47,062 bases of DNA from a virus (Duplodnaviria > Caudoviricetes), in the IMG/VR virus record IMGVR_UViG_3300044267_004763, positions 1-47,062 of that record. One strand, written 5' to 3'. The position numbers and the translations under genes are program-made. This document shows positions 28,409 to 38,142 of the stretch, piece by piece (within the stretch, counting starts at the first letter, position 1; each line of letters opens with the position of its first letter). The notes below the pieces were generated by a model. The model was not told the DNA's origin. It ran no database searches and saw nothing but the letters and a program-made list of their open reading frames with translations.

Positions 28409-30204
28409 TATAACTTACCTACACAATCAATTACGTCAATTACTTCACCTTGAGGAGGTCTAAATTTAGACATTATTGGTCTCAAAATAGCTCCAACTCC
28501 AGTGTCACTATTAATATTTAGATCAGGTAAATCATCATAAGAAATTGGATTAACCACATTAAGACATGTAATGCCACCATTAGAATCTACACCACAAATT
28601 TCAAAATTCTCTAAAGTATCAAATTTACTATAACCACTACCTGGATTTACGATAACAACTCCCTTTACATATAATGGTTCTTCATCAACTTCTGCAGGGT
28701 AATTTACACCCGTAGAAGTCATTGTTATACTGGTAACTTGTCCGTAAGTAGGAGAATTTACATTCTGGTCTATTGTTGCTCTAGCAAAAGCACCATATCC
28801 CTGACTGCAAGTATCATCAATATATATCTGTGGTTCGCTAGTATAACCAGACCCAGATTTTGTAATATTAATTCCAACAATACTTGCTGTTCTATTTACA
28901 CCAGCATATGGATCGTCTACATCAATTTTATCAATATATCTACCCAAAAGAACTTCACCAGTGGCACCAGATCCACCTCCACCAATTATCGATACCATGC
29001 AGCTACATATTGTTATAGGCCCTGTGTAACACGGACCTAAAGTAGATGCCTCTGCTAAAGGACTACCAAAAACATTCCAAGCACCATATGTTTTTTCAAA
29101 ATCTGATGATAAATCTGTTGCTGCCTGACTAATTGCAGTACCACTAAAAATTTTATCAAAACTCATTTTATCTTGTAATTGTGAAGGAGATGGCATTGCA
29201 CCTACACCAATTTTTATTTTTGTACTTGGAGGACATTTACCTGCTGCTCCTCCAGCACCACCTCCAGAACCAATAGCACCAGCACATTTTGATACGGTAT
29301 CAAGTTTCTTAAAAAGATCTACTCCACCACCAAGAAAACTTTTTGTATCAAAATCAAAATCCAATACCGAAGATATTGGTTCTAAAAGTGGAGCTATAAT
29401 CTCATCCATATCATTAATCATCTTATAATTTGCCGCACCCATAATTTCTTCCACAGCACATGCAGGAACATTAGTTGTATTTTTTAATGCTGCTGATAAC
29501 AAATCATTCATAGTATCATTTAATTTTGCAGATATATTTGGAGCAAGACATTCTAAAGCAGCACCTAAAGGTTCCAATTTACTAGGAATAGCTGGTAATA
29601 AATTACCAGCAGCATCTACTGGTGCCGAATTACCTATAAGTCTTTCCTGTATCTCTTTAATTGATTTCATTGCTGCTGTTGTAGGAAAAGTATCAGATAC
29701 TTTAGCAAATTCCTTTGCAGCTACAGCATCAACTGCTTGTGTAATTTGACCCATTATTTCATCATTCAGAGCTCCACTCATTTTATTCACAAATCCCGTC
29801 ATACTACCACTCAATGACGCTGCAGCATTTTTAATTTCATTAGGTAAATTTAATGAGGCATTAGGAAGTGTAACCTTATTAAAGAAATTACCAAGTTTTG
29901 ATGACATCTTATCAAGAGTAGTATCCTTACAAGGACTTGCTGTTACTACAGTCTTACCCATAGTATCAGTATCAGACTTATTTAATTCCTTTGCTGCTCT
30001 AATAAACTTACTTCTTGCCTTTTGTGCAGTTTCTGAAAGTTGATTTAATGGTATAGGATTTACATTAGAAAAATCTCTGGGAAACTTATCCTTAACATCT
30101 GAAATAATACCTTGTAATTTTGCTGTTGGAGGATTTGCCTCTATTAATTTAGTAAAATAATCTTTCTGAGCTTGATCTAATTCTTTAGGTGCTGGTGTTT
30201 TCAT
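28408..30204 (-). CDS. Baseplate hub gp5-like protein, middle/C-terminal part (598 aa)
   Basis: GGGGSGA, GSGYTSEP, GYGA, PGSGY repeats and terminal VIDCV typical of cyanophage gp5. Confidence 0.6.
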   Translation of the reverse strand: MKTPAPKELDQAQKDYFTKLIEANPPTAKLQGIISDVKDKFPRDFSNVNPIPLNQLSETAQKARSKFIRAAKELNKSDTDTMGKTVVTASPCKDTTLDKMSSKLGNFFNKVTLPNASLNLPNEIKNAAASLSGSMTGFVNKMSGALNDEIMGQITQAVDAVAAKEFAKVSDTFPTTAAMKSIKEIQERLIGNSAPVDAAGNLLPAIPSKLEPLGAALECLAPNISAKLNDTMNDLLSAALKNTTNVPACAVEEIMGAANYKMINDMDEIIAPLLEPISSVLDFDFDTKSFLGGGVDLFKKLDTVSKCAGAIGSGGGAGGAAGKCPPSTKIKIGVGAMPSPSQLQDKMSFDKIFSGTAISQAATDLSSDFEKTYGAWNVFGSPLAEASTLGPCYTGPITICSCMVSIIGGGGSGATGEVLLGRYIDKIDVDDPYAGVNRTASIVGINITKSGSGYTSEPQIYIDDTCSQGYGAFARATIDQNVNSPTYGQVTSITMTSTGVNYPAEVDEEPLYVKGVVIVNPGSGYSKFDTLENFEICGVDSNGGITCLNVVNPISYDDLPDLNINSDTGVGAILRPIMSKFRPPQGEVIDVIDCVGKL

Positions 30205-30225
30205 ATAAGTATATCCTCGTATTGA

Positions 30226-30232
30226 TATTTAT
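30226..30232 (-). promoter_or_regulatory. T4-type late promoter (ATAAATA)
   Basis: TAAATA at the preceding stop; GAGG RBS then ATG 30204. Confidence 0.55.
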
Positions 30233-31269
30233 TAGCTATGGTGATCCATAGGCATCCCAAAATCAGTTGGAACAGGATGCGATCCACCAGCAGCTGAAAA
30301 TGGTGTTCTTCTAAATTCTTGAGTAGATATATTAATTTCAGAAGCAACTTGTTCTGCTTGATATGATGATGTACCTTCCAGATTTTTATTAATATCGTGT
30401 GCTACATTATCTTTCCAATTAGGATCTGATTTCAATTCATCAATATACCCTTGTAATTCTGGAGGAGCTCCTGCCTCCTTTAACAAGGCTTCCCCTTTAG
30501 TTATTTTTGCATCACCAAGTTCAACAACATATCTACCAATATCTGGTACATCTCCATCCATATGCATTTTTACACCTTCATAAACATCACTAGATGGCAT
30601 AATTTCATTGTTATATTTATCAACAAAATCTTGCATCTTTCTTTTCAATACAATCTCATCTTTCACATCACCAGTAGGAGTAAATACACTTTTTTTAGGT
30701 TGAGGAACCGCACCGACTTTATTAGGTTGAATACCTGCCTTTTCTAAACTCTCTGTTGGTTGTTCTCTATTAGACTGACTACCTCCAATTCTAGCAGAAG
30801 GAGTCTGAATACCTTCATTCTCACTTGATTCTTGACCATCTAACAAATTTCCTTTCTTTACTGGCCCAACAAATCCAGTTTTAGATTGAAATCTTCCAGG
30901 CCCATAAAAAGTACTTGAAGTTCTCCCCAATACATTCATTATAAGAGGATTTTGTTTATTATCTCCATCTAAAAATTTTCCCAAAACAACATCACCTTGT
31001 GATAATGCTGGTTTCTTTTGTCTACCAGCAGCACCACTTCCATCACTAACACCTAAAGCTGTAGTAGCAAAAACAATTTCCTCATCTTTTATAGAATTAT
31101 CACTGGGATGATTACCCATAATAGCAACTCTATACCTATGACCAAATCCAGCATTACCATCAATCTGATCTTTTTGAGACGCATACGGTAAGATTATACC
31201 AATAAACTCATGAGTCGCAGTCCCATAAGAGTTAAAATCAGCCATTGAATTAAATTTTTTCATTATCAA
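30232..31269 (-). CDS. Baseplate hub gp5-like protein, N-terminal OB-fold part (345 aa; true start may be a downstream ATG)
   Basis: GFGHRYRVAIMGNHP...GDVVLGKFLDGDNKQNPLIMNVLG gp5 OB-fold pattern. Confidence 0.7.
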   Translation of the reverse strand: MIMKKFNSMADFNSYGTATHEFIGIILPYASQKDQIDGNAGFGHRYRVAIMGNHPSDNSIKDEEIVFATTALGVSDGSGAAGRQKKPALSQGDVVLGKFLDGDNKQNPLIMNVLGRTSSTFYGPGRFQSKTGFVGPVKKGNLLDGQESSENEGIQTPSARIGGSQSNREQPTESLEKAGIQPNKVGAVPQPKKSVFTPTGDVKDEIVLKRKMQDFVDKYNNEIMPSSDVYEGVKMHMDGDVPDIGRYVVELGDAKITKGEALLKEAGAPPELQGYIDELKSDPNWKDNVAHDINKNLEGTSSYQAEQVASEINISTQEFRRTPFSAAGGSHPVPTDFGMPMDHHS

Positions 31270-32816
31270 TTACCTCTATTTCTTTCAGCTTTTCTTGCAA
31301 GAAAGGCTGCATACTCTGCATCATATGCTGCTTGTCCTTCTGCAGTGGTACTATCAGCAGTTGTTCTAGTTGTTACTGTGGTTCTATTTCCAGATGTTTC
31401 AACAGTTCTTGTAGTCTTAACTCCAGGACGACTATCCTCAGAACTAACTAATTGTGCTGATGGTTTAGATGTATTTTTAGAACTATGCATTCCATAAGAA
31501 TCCCGTATTAGAGTAAGAGAAGTTACAGACTTTTCTGCTTCAAAATAATGACAAAGTGCTTGAATAACATAGTTACCACTTGATTTTTGATCAGGGCCCT
31601 GTTCCTTTTTATCAGTTATTTCCTCAATCTCAAGAGACAATACATCTCCTGCCTTTAAGTCAGTATTACATGGAATAGTTATAGAATATCTTTGAGAAAA
31701 TAATATATTATATCTAGTGCTTCCAGCAGCATAATAATATTCTGGGCTGTTATTAGGATCAATATCTTCTCTTTCAGCACCAACATTTAATACAGCAGTC
31801 TGTACTCTATGGTATTTGGTACCTTCCTGAAAATCTTCATCGACAACACTAGGAGTATCTGGTTGTTTTCCAAGAGTAGAGAACTTTGGATCTTTATATA
31901 ATTTTCCATCCTTTACGTTAATATCAATTTCAGTAAACGCATATGTTTGAGGATTAAAAAATACAGTTTTATTCGCATACACTCCAGATTGAATCTGGTT
32001 CATTAAATTTTGATCTTGGTTTACTTTCAATGATGCGATTTTATAATCATTTCCATCATTCTGCAATTGTTGTGTTGATTGTACCTTTCCATCATAATGA
32101 TATGTTTTTTTATATGGATCACTATTAATAATATTATCAATAGACTTAAAATTGAATCCGTCTTTAGTTTGATAAGCAAAATAACCAGGATTTGCCGTAT
32201 TTGTTGGGATTGTTTGTTTTGCCAACATCAAAATCAAATCAAATGGTCGTTTAGACATTCCAGCAAATGAATAAGAATTACTAGCAGTATCAGAATTTAT
32301 ATCATCGATAGGTACTTTCAGTTCATTTATAAGAATATTTCTCACTGAATGTACAATATTACCCTTATAATGTCTAGTAAGTTTTTTTACATTATTTGTC
32401 AGGCCTAATTTGGATATAAATCTCACCTGAAGAATTTCCATTGTGGAAGATTTTTCTATTACCTGCACCTCATTCACATAAAATCTCTTATGCTTATTCC
32501 ATTTTGATGAAAAATCAATCCCTTTTCCTATAGGATCTTTAATTTTCATAAAAATTTCACAACCAGCTTCTAATGGTAATGAAGTATGTAAAGAACCCTT
32601 TCTTCCCTGTGTATCATCCTGTGATTCAGCAGCACCAGATGTACTTATTATAGTAACCACTCCTGTAATATAAGGAGATAGAAGATTTTCATAATAAAAA
32701 ATGTTTCCAATCCTAAACTGTCCCTTTGCTAAATCAACTTCATTCTTTCTATCTAGACCGTCTCTCTTAGCAGCTCTAATTTTAAATATTTCGTATTTTG
32801 ATGCTTGTACTGACAT
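31266..32816 (-). CDS. Baseplate hub protein, gp27-like (516 aa)
   Basis: YYENLLSP, GYFAYQTKDGFNFKSID, LKAGD...SGNYVIQALCH...LIRDS; directly upstream of gp5. Confidence 0.6.
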   Translation of the reverse strand: MSVQASKYEIFKIRAAKRDGLDRKNEVDLAKGQFRIGNIFYYENLLSPYITGVVTIISTSGAAESQDDTQGRKGSLHTSLPLEAGCEIFMKIKDPIGKGIDFSSKWNKHKRFYVNEVQVIEKSSTMEILQVRFISKLGLTNNVKKLTRHYKGNIVHSVRNILINELKVPIDDINSDTASNSYSFAGMSKRPFDLILMLAKQTIPTNTANPGYFAYQTKDGFNFKSIDNIINSDPYKKTYHYDGKVQSTQQLQNDGNDYKIASLKVNQDQNLMNQIQSGVYANKTVFFNPQTYAFTEIDINVKDGKLYKDPKFSTLGKQPDTPSVVDEDFQEGTKYHRVQTAVLNVGAEREDIDPNNSPEYYYAAGSTRYNILFSQRYSITIPCNTDLKAGDVLSLEIEEITDKKEQGPDQKSSGNYVIQALCHYFEAEKSVTSLTLIRDSYGMHSSKNTSKPSAQLVSSEDSRPGVKTTRTVETSGNRTTVTTRTTADSTTAEGQAAYDAEYAAFLARKAERNRGN

Positions 32817-32821
32817 TATAT

Positions 32822-33829
32822 TTAAGAGATATTAGATGGAACAGGTTCAGGAGTTGATATTGAAGGGCTAGAACCATTTTGTACAGAACCCACCATTTTT
32901 TCTACTTCAATAGGCATTACAATTGTGTTAGTATTTATTTCCTCAAGATTACCTTTTAAATCACCAGCATATCTATCAACTTTACTAATAATATTTTCTG
33001 TTAATGATTTTGTATTAGGTGAAAGTGATGAAACCTCTTCTGGCATCTTTCCAGACATTCCACTTCCACCACCACCACTCTTTCCTAAAAGTTTAGAAGG
33101 ATCCATACTCAAAAGAGAATCAAAAGTACCTACTAATGAATTAGTTTCTGTTTCATCAGAAGTTTCCTTTGTAAATTCAACTTCTTTTTCATCAGTTCTT
33201 CCATCTCTCGTTTCTTGAGCACTTTCAGATGATTTTATTTTTCCGATTTCGGTATTAGTGTTTGACTTACTAATATCCATTTTTTTAGTTGATTCTTGCG
33301 AATTATCCCCATTCCCATCAAGTTCAGGAACTTTAATAGAATCTAATTCTTTTCCAATAACATCTCCACCTTCAGATAAAGCAGCAACATTCTTTTCTGC
33401 CTGATTCTTATTAAACAACCCAATGACCCAACCTCCAAATTTCCATAATGCATTAGCAATGAACTTTATTACATTCCATGTAATTTTTATAAGAGGTTCA
33501 AAAAAATTATAAACACCCTTTAACTTCTCTATAATAACAGGTAACTTTGTCGTAATCCATCCCATCAAAAGATAACCAAAGAAATTTAATATCTTATCCT
33601 TCAAACTCATAACAGATCCAGACACGCTTGATAATACACTTTTTATAGGCCCACCTGATTTCTTTTTCTCTATATTTTTCTCCGCAACCTGTCTTTCTGC
33701 TTTTAATCTCTGCCTACGAACCAAAGATAATTTTTTAGCATCTAATTTTGCTACTTTCTTATTATTATTAATCAACGAACTTCTAATATTAGAAGCAGTG
33801 AGTTTTAGTTTTTCTGCTGAATTTGCCAT
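32822..33829 (-). CDS. Putative tail/baseplate structural protein (335 aa; coiled coil plus amphipathic helices)
   Basis: Operon position; KILNFFG segment similar to the upstream gene. Confidence 0.55.
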   Translation of the reverse strand: MANSAEKLKLTASNIRSSLINNNKKVAKLDAKKLSLVRRQRLKAERQVAEKNIEKKKSGGPIKSVLSSVSGSVMSLKDKILNFFGYLLMGWITTKLPVIIEKLKGVYNFFEPLIKITWNVIKFIANALWKFGGWVIGLFNKNQAEKNVAALSEGGDVIGKELDSIKVPELDGNGDNSQESTKKMDISKSNTNTEIGKIKSSESAQETRDGRTDEKEVEFTKETSDETETNSLVGTFDSLLSMDPSKLLGKSGGGGSGMSGKMPEEVSSLSPNTKSLTENIISKVDRYAGDLKGNLEEINTNTIVMPIEVEKMVGSVQNGSSPSISTPEPVPSNIS

Positions 33830-35625
33830 TATACAATAATACCTAATAAGTCTTTCGCAACATCGACAACATAAGAGTTAGAAGCATCCTGTGAATTAAT
33901 CATTGGCATTGAATCTCCACCACCGCTACTATCAAGACCAGGTTGTTGTCTTGCTGAATCTGATAATTTAATAGCATCCATAACTGTTACACCACCTTTT
34001 GAAGGTAATTGAAGATTGGAAGAACTTCTCACACTCCGTGAAAAATTCATACTGGTAGCAGTATTTACTACACTCTTATAATCTTTCTCAACAGCATCAA
34101 CCTCACCTGCTGCCTGATTGCCCTTCATATCTCTCACCATACTACCAGCATCAAGAGCAACACTAAGAGCAGTTCCTGCACCAGGAATCATAGATGCTGC
34201 TCCAGAACCTAATTCTAATGCTGCACCCATCCAATCAGGAGGACTTTGTAAAAGTCTTCCTACTGCAAATGCTGCACCCATACCTAATCCAACAATTGGA
34301 ATCTTCTTAAGTAATCCCTTTCCTCCTGCTTTACCCAATCCTTTAAGCAATCCCTTTCCACCGCCCTTTACTAATGCTTTTGCACCTTTAGCAGCACCTT
34401 TAATACCCTTTATTCCAGATTTTCCTAAATTTATTGCACCCTTACCAGCACCTTTAAGACCCTTCCATAAACCCTTACCAAGACTTCCTAATCTTTTTAT
34501 TATGGCCAGTGCTTGTTTTAATAATCTTGGAAGAGTTCGTTTAACAAAAACTCTACCTATTCTAAATGCTCTATGTACTGCCCTAACAACACCTTTAACA
34601 AATCTAACAACTTTTATAATAGCCCTAACAATTTTAACAACGATTACACCCCCAATAAGAACACCCAATCCAATTAAAAGTTTCTGTCCGTGATCTGCTA
34701 AAAACTTAAAGAATCCTGTGACTGCTTCTTTATTATTAGCTAACCATTTAAATGCTTTATCGGCTACAAATCCTGCTGCTAAATTACCAAAGAATCCTAC
34801 AATTTTATCCAGAATATTTTTTGCTGGTGCTGTAACAGCACTAAATGCATTTCCAACTTTAGCACTTATCTTATTAACTGACTCTAATCCAGATTCAATT
34901 CCATCTCTTCTTTTAGATTCTGCAGATGATCTTAAATTTGATATTTCATCCTGTTTTTGTGTAATTCTATTTGAAAAATCTAATGCTAATGCATTTCCAA
35001 TATCTTGTAATATTGAATTTATTTCTACTAATGATTGATCATCCTTTCTTATCTGAAGGATTCTTTTAATAGTACTAATCTTTTTCTCATTACTATCAAC
35101 TCTTTTCTCTAAATTATTATCCTTTCCAGAAGTATCATCTTTTAAAAGTTCATCAGTCTTGGGTTCTTTAGAAGAAAGAGAACCACTCAGAAGACTTCCT
35201 TTTATCTTACTAATCTTTAGTTTTTTCTTATTATCATTATTAGAAGGAAGAGGACTACTTTCAACAATTCCTTGAGCAGTAGCAGTTTTTGTAGGAGTAT
35301 CAAAAGTATCTTCTTCACCAATAGCAGATGATTTTTCAATTGGAGCAAGAAGACTTGAACTTGCATTTAGTTTTCTCTTAGATACTCTAAGTTTAGGTAT
35401 TTTGGATACCTCTAATGCATCAACTCTTTTCTCAAGTCCAAGAACTCTCACTAAAGTTTTCCTCTGCATTGCAAAGGACTTACTTAGTGTCTTATGAATC
35501 TGAGCAACTTCAATACCTAATCCTTTCTCAATCCCTTTAACATTAGACGCTAACTTATAATGAGGATCAAATTTACCCCTTAGATCCCCTATTATATTTT
35601 TATTGTCACCAGTTTCTTTAGGCAT
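33829..35625 (-). CDS. Putative tape-measure-like (gp29 position) structural protein (598 aa)
   Basis: Coiled coils, hydrophobic segment, G/K/A-rich GGKGLLK repeats, KKIP.VG motif; follows gp26/gp51. Confidence 0.5.
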   Translation of the reverse strand: MPKETGDNKNIIGDLRGKFDPHYKLASNVKGIEKGLGIEVAQIHKTLSKSFAMQRKTLVRVLGLEKRVDALEVSKIPKLRVSKRKLNASSSLLAPIEKSSAIGEEDTFDTPTKTATAQGIVESSPLPSNNDNKKKLKISKIKGSLLSGSLSSKEPKTDELLKDDTSGKDNNLEKRVDSNEKKISTIKRILQIRKDDQSLVEINSILQDIGNALALDFSNRITQKQDEISNLRSSAESKRRDGIESGLESVNKISAKVGNAFSAVTAPAKNILDKIVGFFGNLAAGFVADKAFKWLANNKEAVTGFFKFLADHGQKLLIGLGVLIGGVIVVKIVRAIIKVVRFVKGVVRAVHRAFRIGRVFVKRTLPRLLKQALAIIKRLGSLGKGLWKGLKGAGKGAINLGKSGIKGIKGAAKGAKALVKGGGKGLLKGLGKAGGKGLLKKIPIVGLGMGAAFAVGRLLQSPPDWMGAALELGSGAASMIPGAGTALSVALDAGSMVRDMKGNQAAGEVDAVEKDYKSVVNTATSMNFSRSVRSSSNLQLPSKGGVTVMDAIKLSDSARQQPGLDSSGGGDSMPMINSQDASNSYVVDVAKDLLGIIV

Positions 35626-35809
35626 TCCGTTGTTGTTGCTTTAGGTTTTCTTCCTCAATATACTGTTGGAGAAGTGAGACATATATTTCCCTTTCCCAAG
35701 GTATCATATTTTCAAGCTCTGTTAAGCTATATTTATGGTGCTGTATGAGAGCAAAATTCGTACGATAATAATTTTCCAAACTCTCGTGTGCCAGAGCTAA
35801 CTGAAAAAA
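35618..35809 (-). CDS. gp51: gp51-like baseplate hub assembly ORF with no ATG start (..LAHESLENYYRTNFALIQHHKYSLTELENMIPWEREIYVSLLQQYIEEEN..)
   Basis: Hand-translated; HHKYSLTELENMIPWER.IY motif; lies in the -1 frame of gp26; not in the ORF track. Confidence 0.8.
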   Translation of the reverse strand, partial: FFQLALAHESLENYYRTNFALIQHHKYSLTELENMIPWEREIYVSLLQQYIEEENLKQQQRNA

Positions 35810-36516
35810 GATGCTAACCCCTCAATTACCACCTCACTTTCAACTTTTGTGTTTGGATTCATTACTTTGACTTTATGGGATAACTTTGGCATTGTTTCAA
35901 AGAAATTTTCAACTTCTTTAAATTGCTTAGAATTCATAGATTCGACAAAATCTCTCAATTCTTTTTTTGTACAATTTGAAGCTTCCCACGCTTCTTCTTC
36001 ATTATATACTTGTTTAATACAAGACATAATCACATTCAATGATTCATCGACCTGACTATTATTACTAGTATCAAAGTTACTTTCAATAAATTGATCTAAT
36101 GATGGATAATTCATTTGAACTGATAAATTATCATCCAACCTAATAATATCAGAGTGATTAGAATCTTTCTGAATTTTTATTGAATCAATATCAATTAACA
36201 TTTCCACTTTAGTTTGTCCGTCATCTGGACAAGTCACATTCACTTCAACAGTTTCTCCAACAGATTTTCCACGAATATTTAAAAACAAATATTCAATATC
36301 AAATGTTGCTAGTTTATCAATCTTTATACCTCTACTTAAAATACAATCAGAAAGAACTGATTTTATAGCAGAAGTAATTTGTTTGGTATCTTCAGATTCT
36401 AAAGCCATAATTAGAATCTTTTCCTCTTTAACTAAAAAAGGTCTATATTTAACTTTTTTCCCACTAGATGGTAATACCAACTCATAAGTCGGGGTCGAAA
36501 TCTTCGGTAAAGGCAT
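35797..36516 (-). CDS. gp26: Baseplate hub assembly protein gp26-like
   Basis: MPLPKISTPTYEL...YRPFLVKEEKIL...FDIEYLFLNIRGKSVGE...EGLASFF. Confidence 0.85.
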   Translation of the reverse strand: MPLPKISTPTYELVLPSSGKKVKYRPFLVKEEKILIMALESEDTKQITSAIKSVLSDCILSRGIKIDKLATFDIEYLFLNIRGKSVGETVEVNVTCPDDGQTKVEMLIDIDSIKIQKDSNHSDIIRLDDNLSVQMNYPSLDQFIESNFDTSNNSQVDESLNVIMSCIKQVYNEEEAWEASNCTKKELRDFVESMNSKQFKEVENFFETMPKLSHKVKVMNPNTKVESEVVIEGLASFFS

Positions 36517-36540
36517 AATGTTTTCACACTTCAGTAAATT

Positions 36541-36548
36541 TATTTATA
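36541..36548 (-). promoter_or_regulatory. T4 late promoter (TATAAATA)
   Basis: Perfect consensus about 25 nt before the gp26 ATG. Confidence 0.75.
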
Positions 36549-36563
36549 GGGGTTTATTCAATT

Positions 36564-37271
36564 TCAAGCCACAGGGTCTTCAATGAAAGGAGTCTTTTGT
36601 GGTTCACCTACATTTGTAGATTTGGAACGATCAGATGAATCTATGTAATAACGATCATAAGCAAATTGAACATTAACCTTTAAAAGGTCTGCACCGCCAT
36701 ATTGAACAGGTATTGATGTCATTCCTTTGGGGAATGCATTAATAAATTTATAACAAAGTTCACTACTACCAGGTGTCCTTTCAAATTTAGTTATTGTTAA
36801 ACTACCAGTTTTATATCCAACCTTTTTATCATTATTCATAGGATAATTAAATCTTTTATAATAATTCTGATCATCTTCTTTGGTGTATCCTCTATAATTA
36901 TTATCACCTGAAATATAATCCATCCAGCCTTCAAAAAATTTAAGAACATTATAATTTTGATCAACATAAAAAGCAAAGTCACTCTCAATATAAATTCGTG
37001 TATGAGCAAACTGCTGATTTATTCCGTGAAAATTATCCTTGACTTCTGATGTTGCAAAAGAACTGGTTGGAAGTGTTGCTTCACAGCACATTATACCAAC
37101 ATCACCACCAGTAGCATAATTATTAGGTAGACTATAATAATCTCCCAAATATTCTTTGAGGTCAGCATTAAAACCTGATACATTAACCTGATATTGATTA
37201 TTCAAAGATAACTTACTAAGATCCATTTTAGTAAGTGCATTCATCTTAAATCTTGAAATAGTTCCTGCCAC
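36564..37271 (-). CDS. Tail-tube-fold protein (gp54/gp19-like tube initiator), probable GTG start at 37271
   Basis: MCCEATLP, FYVD, FFEGWMDYI, YKFINAFP, V.FAYDRY tube-family pattern; position next to gp4. Confidence 0.7.
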   Translation of the reverse strand: MAGTISRFKMNALTKMDLSKLSLNNQYQVNVSGFNADLKEYLGDYYSLPNNYATGGDVGIMCCEATLPTSSFATSEVKDNFHGINQQFAHTRIYIESDFAFYVDQNYNVLKFFEGWMDYISGDNNYRGYTKEDDQNYYKRFNYPMNNDKKVGYKTGSLTITKFERTPGSSELCYKFINAFPKGMTSIPVQYGGADLLKVNVQFAYDRYYIDSSDRSKSTNVGEPQKTPFIEDPVA

Positions 37272-37272
37272 T

Positions 37273-37304
37273 CTAAATATACTTATATTATTATTTCTAT
37301 TTAG
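37273..37304. promoter_or_regulatory. Pair of facing late promoters (CTAAATA on + at 37273-37279; CTAAATA on - at 37298-37304)
   Basis: Both cores lie in the 33-bp gap between divergent genes. Confidence 0.65.
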
Positions 37305-37745
37305 ATGTCTTATAAGGGTCGATATCAACCAAAGAATCCTTTGAAATATAAAGGAAACTATAGAAACATCATCTATCGTTCCTTATGGGAGTTAAAATTT
37401 ATGAAATATTGTGATAATAATCAAAATATTTTAGAATGGGGAAGTGAAGAGTTTTGGCTTCCATATCGTTCACCATTAGATAATAAGGTTCATAGATACT
37501 TTCCAGATTTCTATATTAAGGTAAGAGAGAATAATGGTATGGTTAAAAAATATGTGATTGAAATCAAACCAAAAAAACAGTGTATTGAACCAAAACCACA
37601 GAAAAAGAAAACACGAACCTATATTTACGAAGTTCGTGAGTATGCTAAAAATCAGGCAAAATGGAAGGCAGCTGAAGAGTATTGTCTTGATAGAGGATTA
37701 CAATTTAAAGTATTAACCGAAAACGAACTAGGTATAACCCGATGA
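37305..37745 (+). CDS. gp4: Head completion nuclease gp4
   Basis: YKG...KYKG...IIYRSLWE...WGSEE...RYFPDF...IEIKP...NQAKWKAA...FKVLTE. Confidence 0.9.
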   Translation: MSYKGRYQPKNPLKYKGNYRNIIYRSLWELKFMKYCDNNQNILEWGSEEFWLPYRSPLDNKVHRYFPDFYIKVRENNGMVKKYVIEIKPKKQCIEPKPQKKKTRTYIYEVREYAKNQAKWKAAEEYCLDRGLQFKVLTENELGITR

Positions 37746-38122
37746 CAGATAGTTACCCCACAGATGATAAACACAATAGAATTCGTGGTGTTATTGATAA
37801 TGTAATAGGAACAGAAGACCCAGATGATTTAATGTTAGAATTAATGGATGCTGTTAGTAATACAGAAGTATCAGTTCCAGAAGCTGGAAGATACTATGCT
37901 TTTGTATATAATCCAAAAACTCCCAATATTCAATATGATGCACATCCATTAGTTGCGGTTACTAATATACTTGAATGGGGGTTTAAAGGATTCAATTATC
38001 ACTGGGGTCAAATGAGACAATATACTTGGCAAGAAGTGGTTGGTAGAGTGTATGAAATCTATCCAGAGGAACTTTCTGATGCTCAAGAAATACCTTTTCA
38101 AAAAATACGTCTAAATAGTTAA
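37742..38122 (+). CDS. Conserved phage protein, possibly gp2 (DNA end protector)-like, short form
   Basis: YYAFVYNPKTP..YD.HPLV...GFNYHWG; ATGA-coupled to gp4. Confidence 0.55.
   Translation: MTDSYPTDDKHNRIRGVIDNVIGTEDPDDLMLELMDAVSNTEVSVPEAGRYYAFVYNPKTPNIQYDAHPLVAVTNILEWGFKGFNYHWGQMRQYTWQEVVGRVYEIYPEELSDAQEIPFQKIRLNS
38111..38117 (+). promoter_or_regulatory. T4-type late promoter (CTAAATA)
   Basis: About 25 nt before ATG 38143. Confidence 0.55.
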
Positions 38123-38142
38123 AAATATAGGTCGATACAAAT

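Noticed and set aside
674-35038. Many short plus-strand ORFs and alternate-frame minus-strand ORFs in the track (e.g. 24025-24684, 34118-34693)
   Set aside because: Shadows of long, codon-biased minus-strand genes; no RBS or protein motifs
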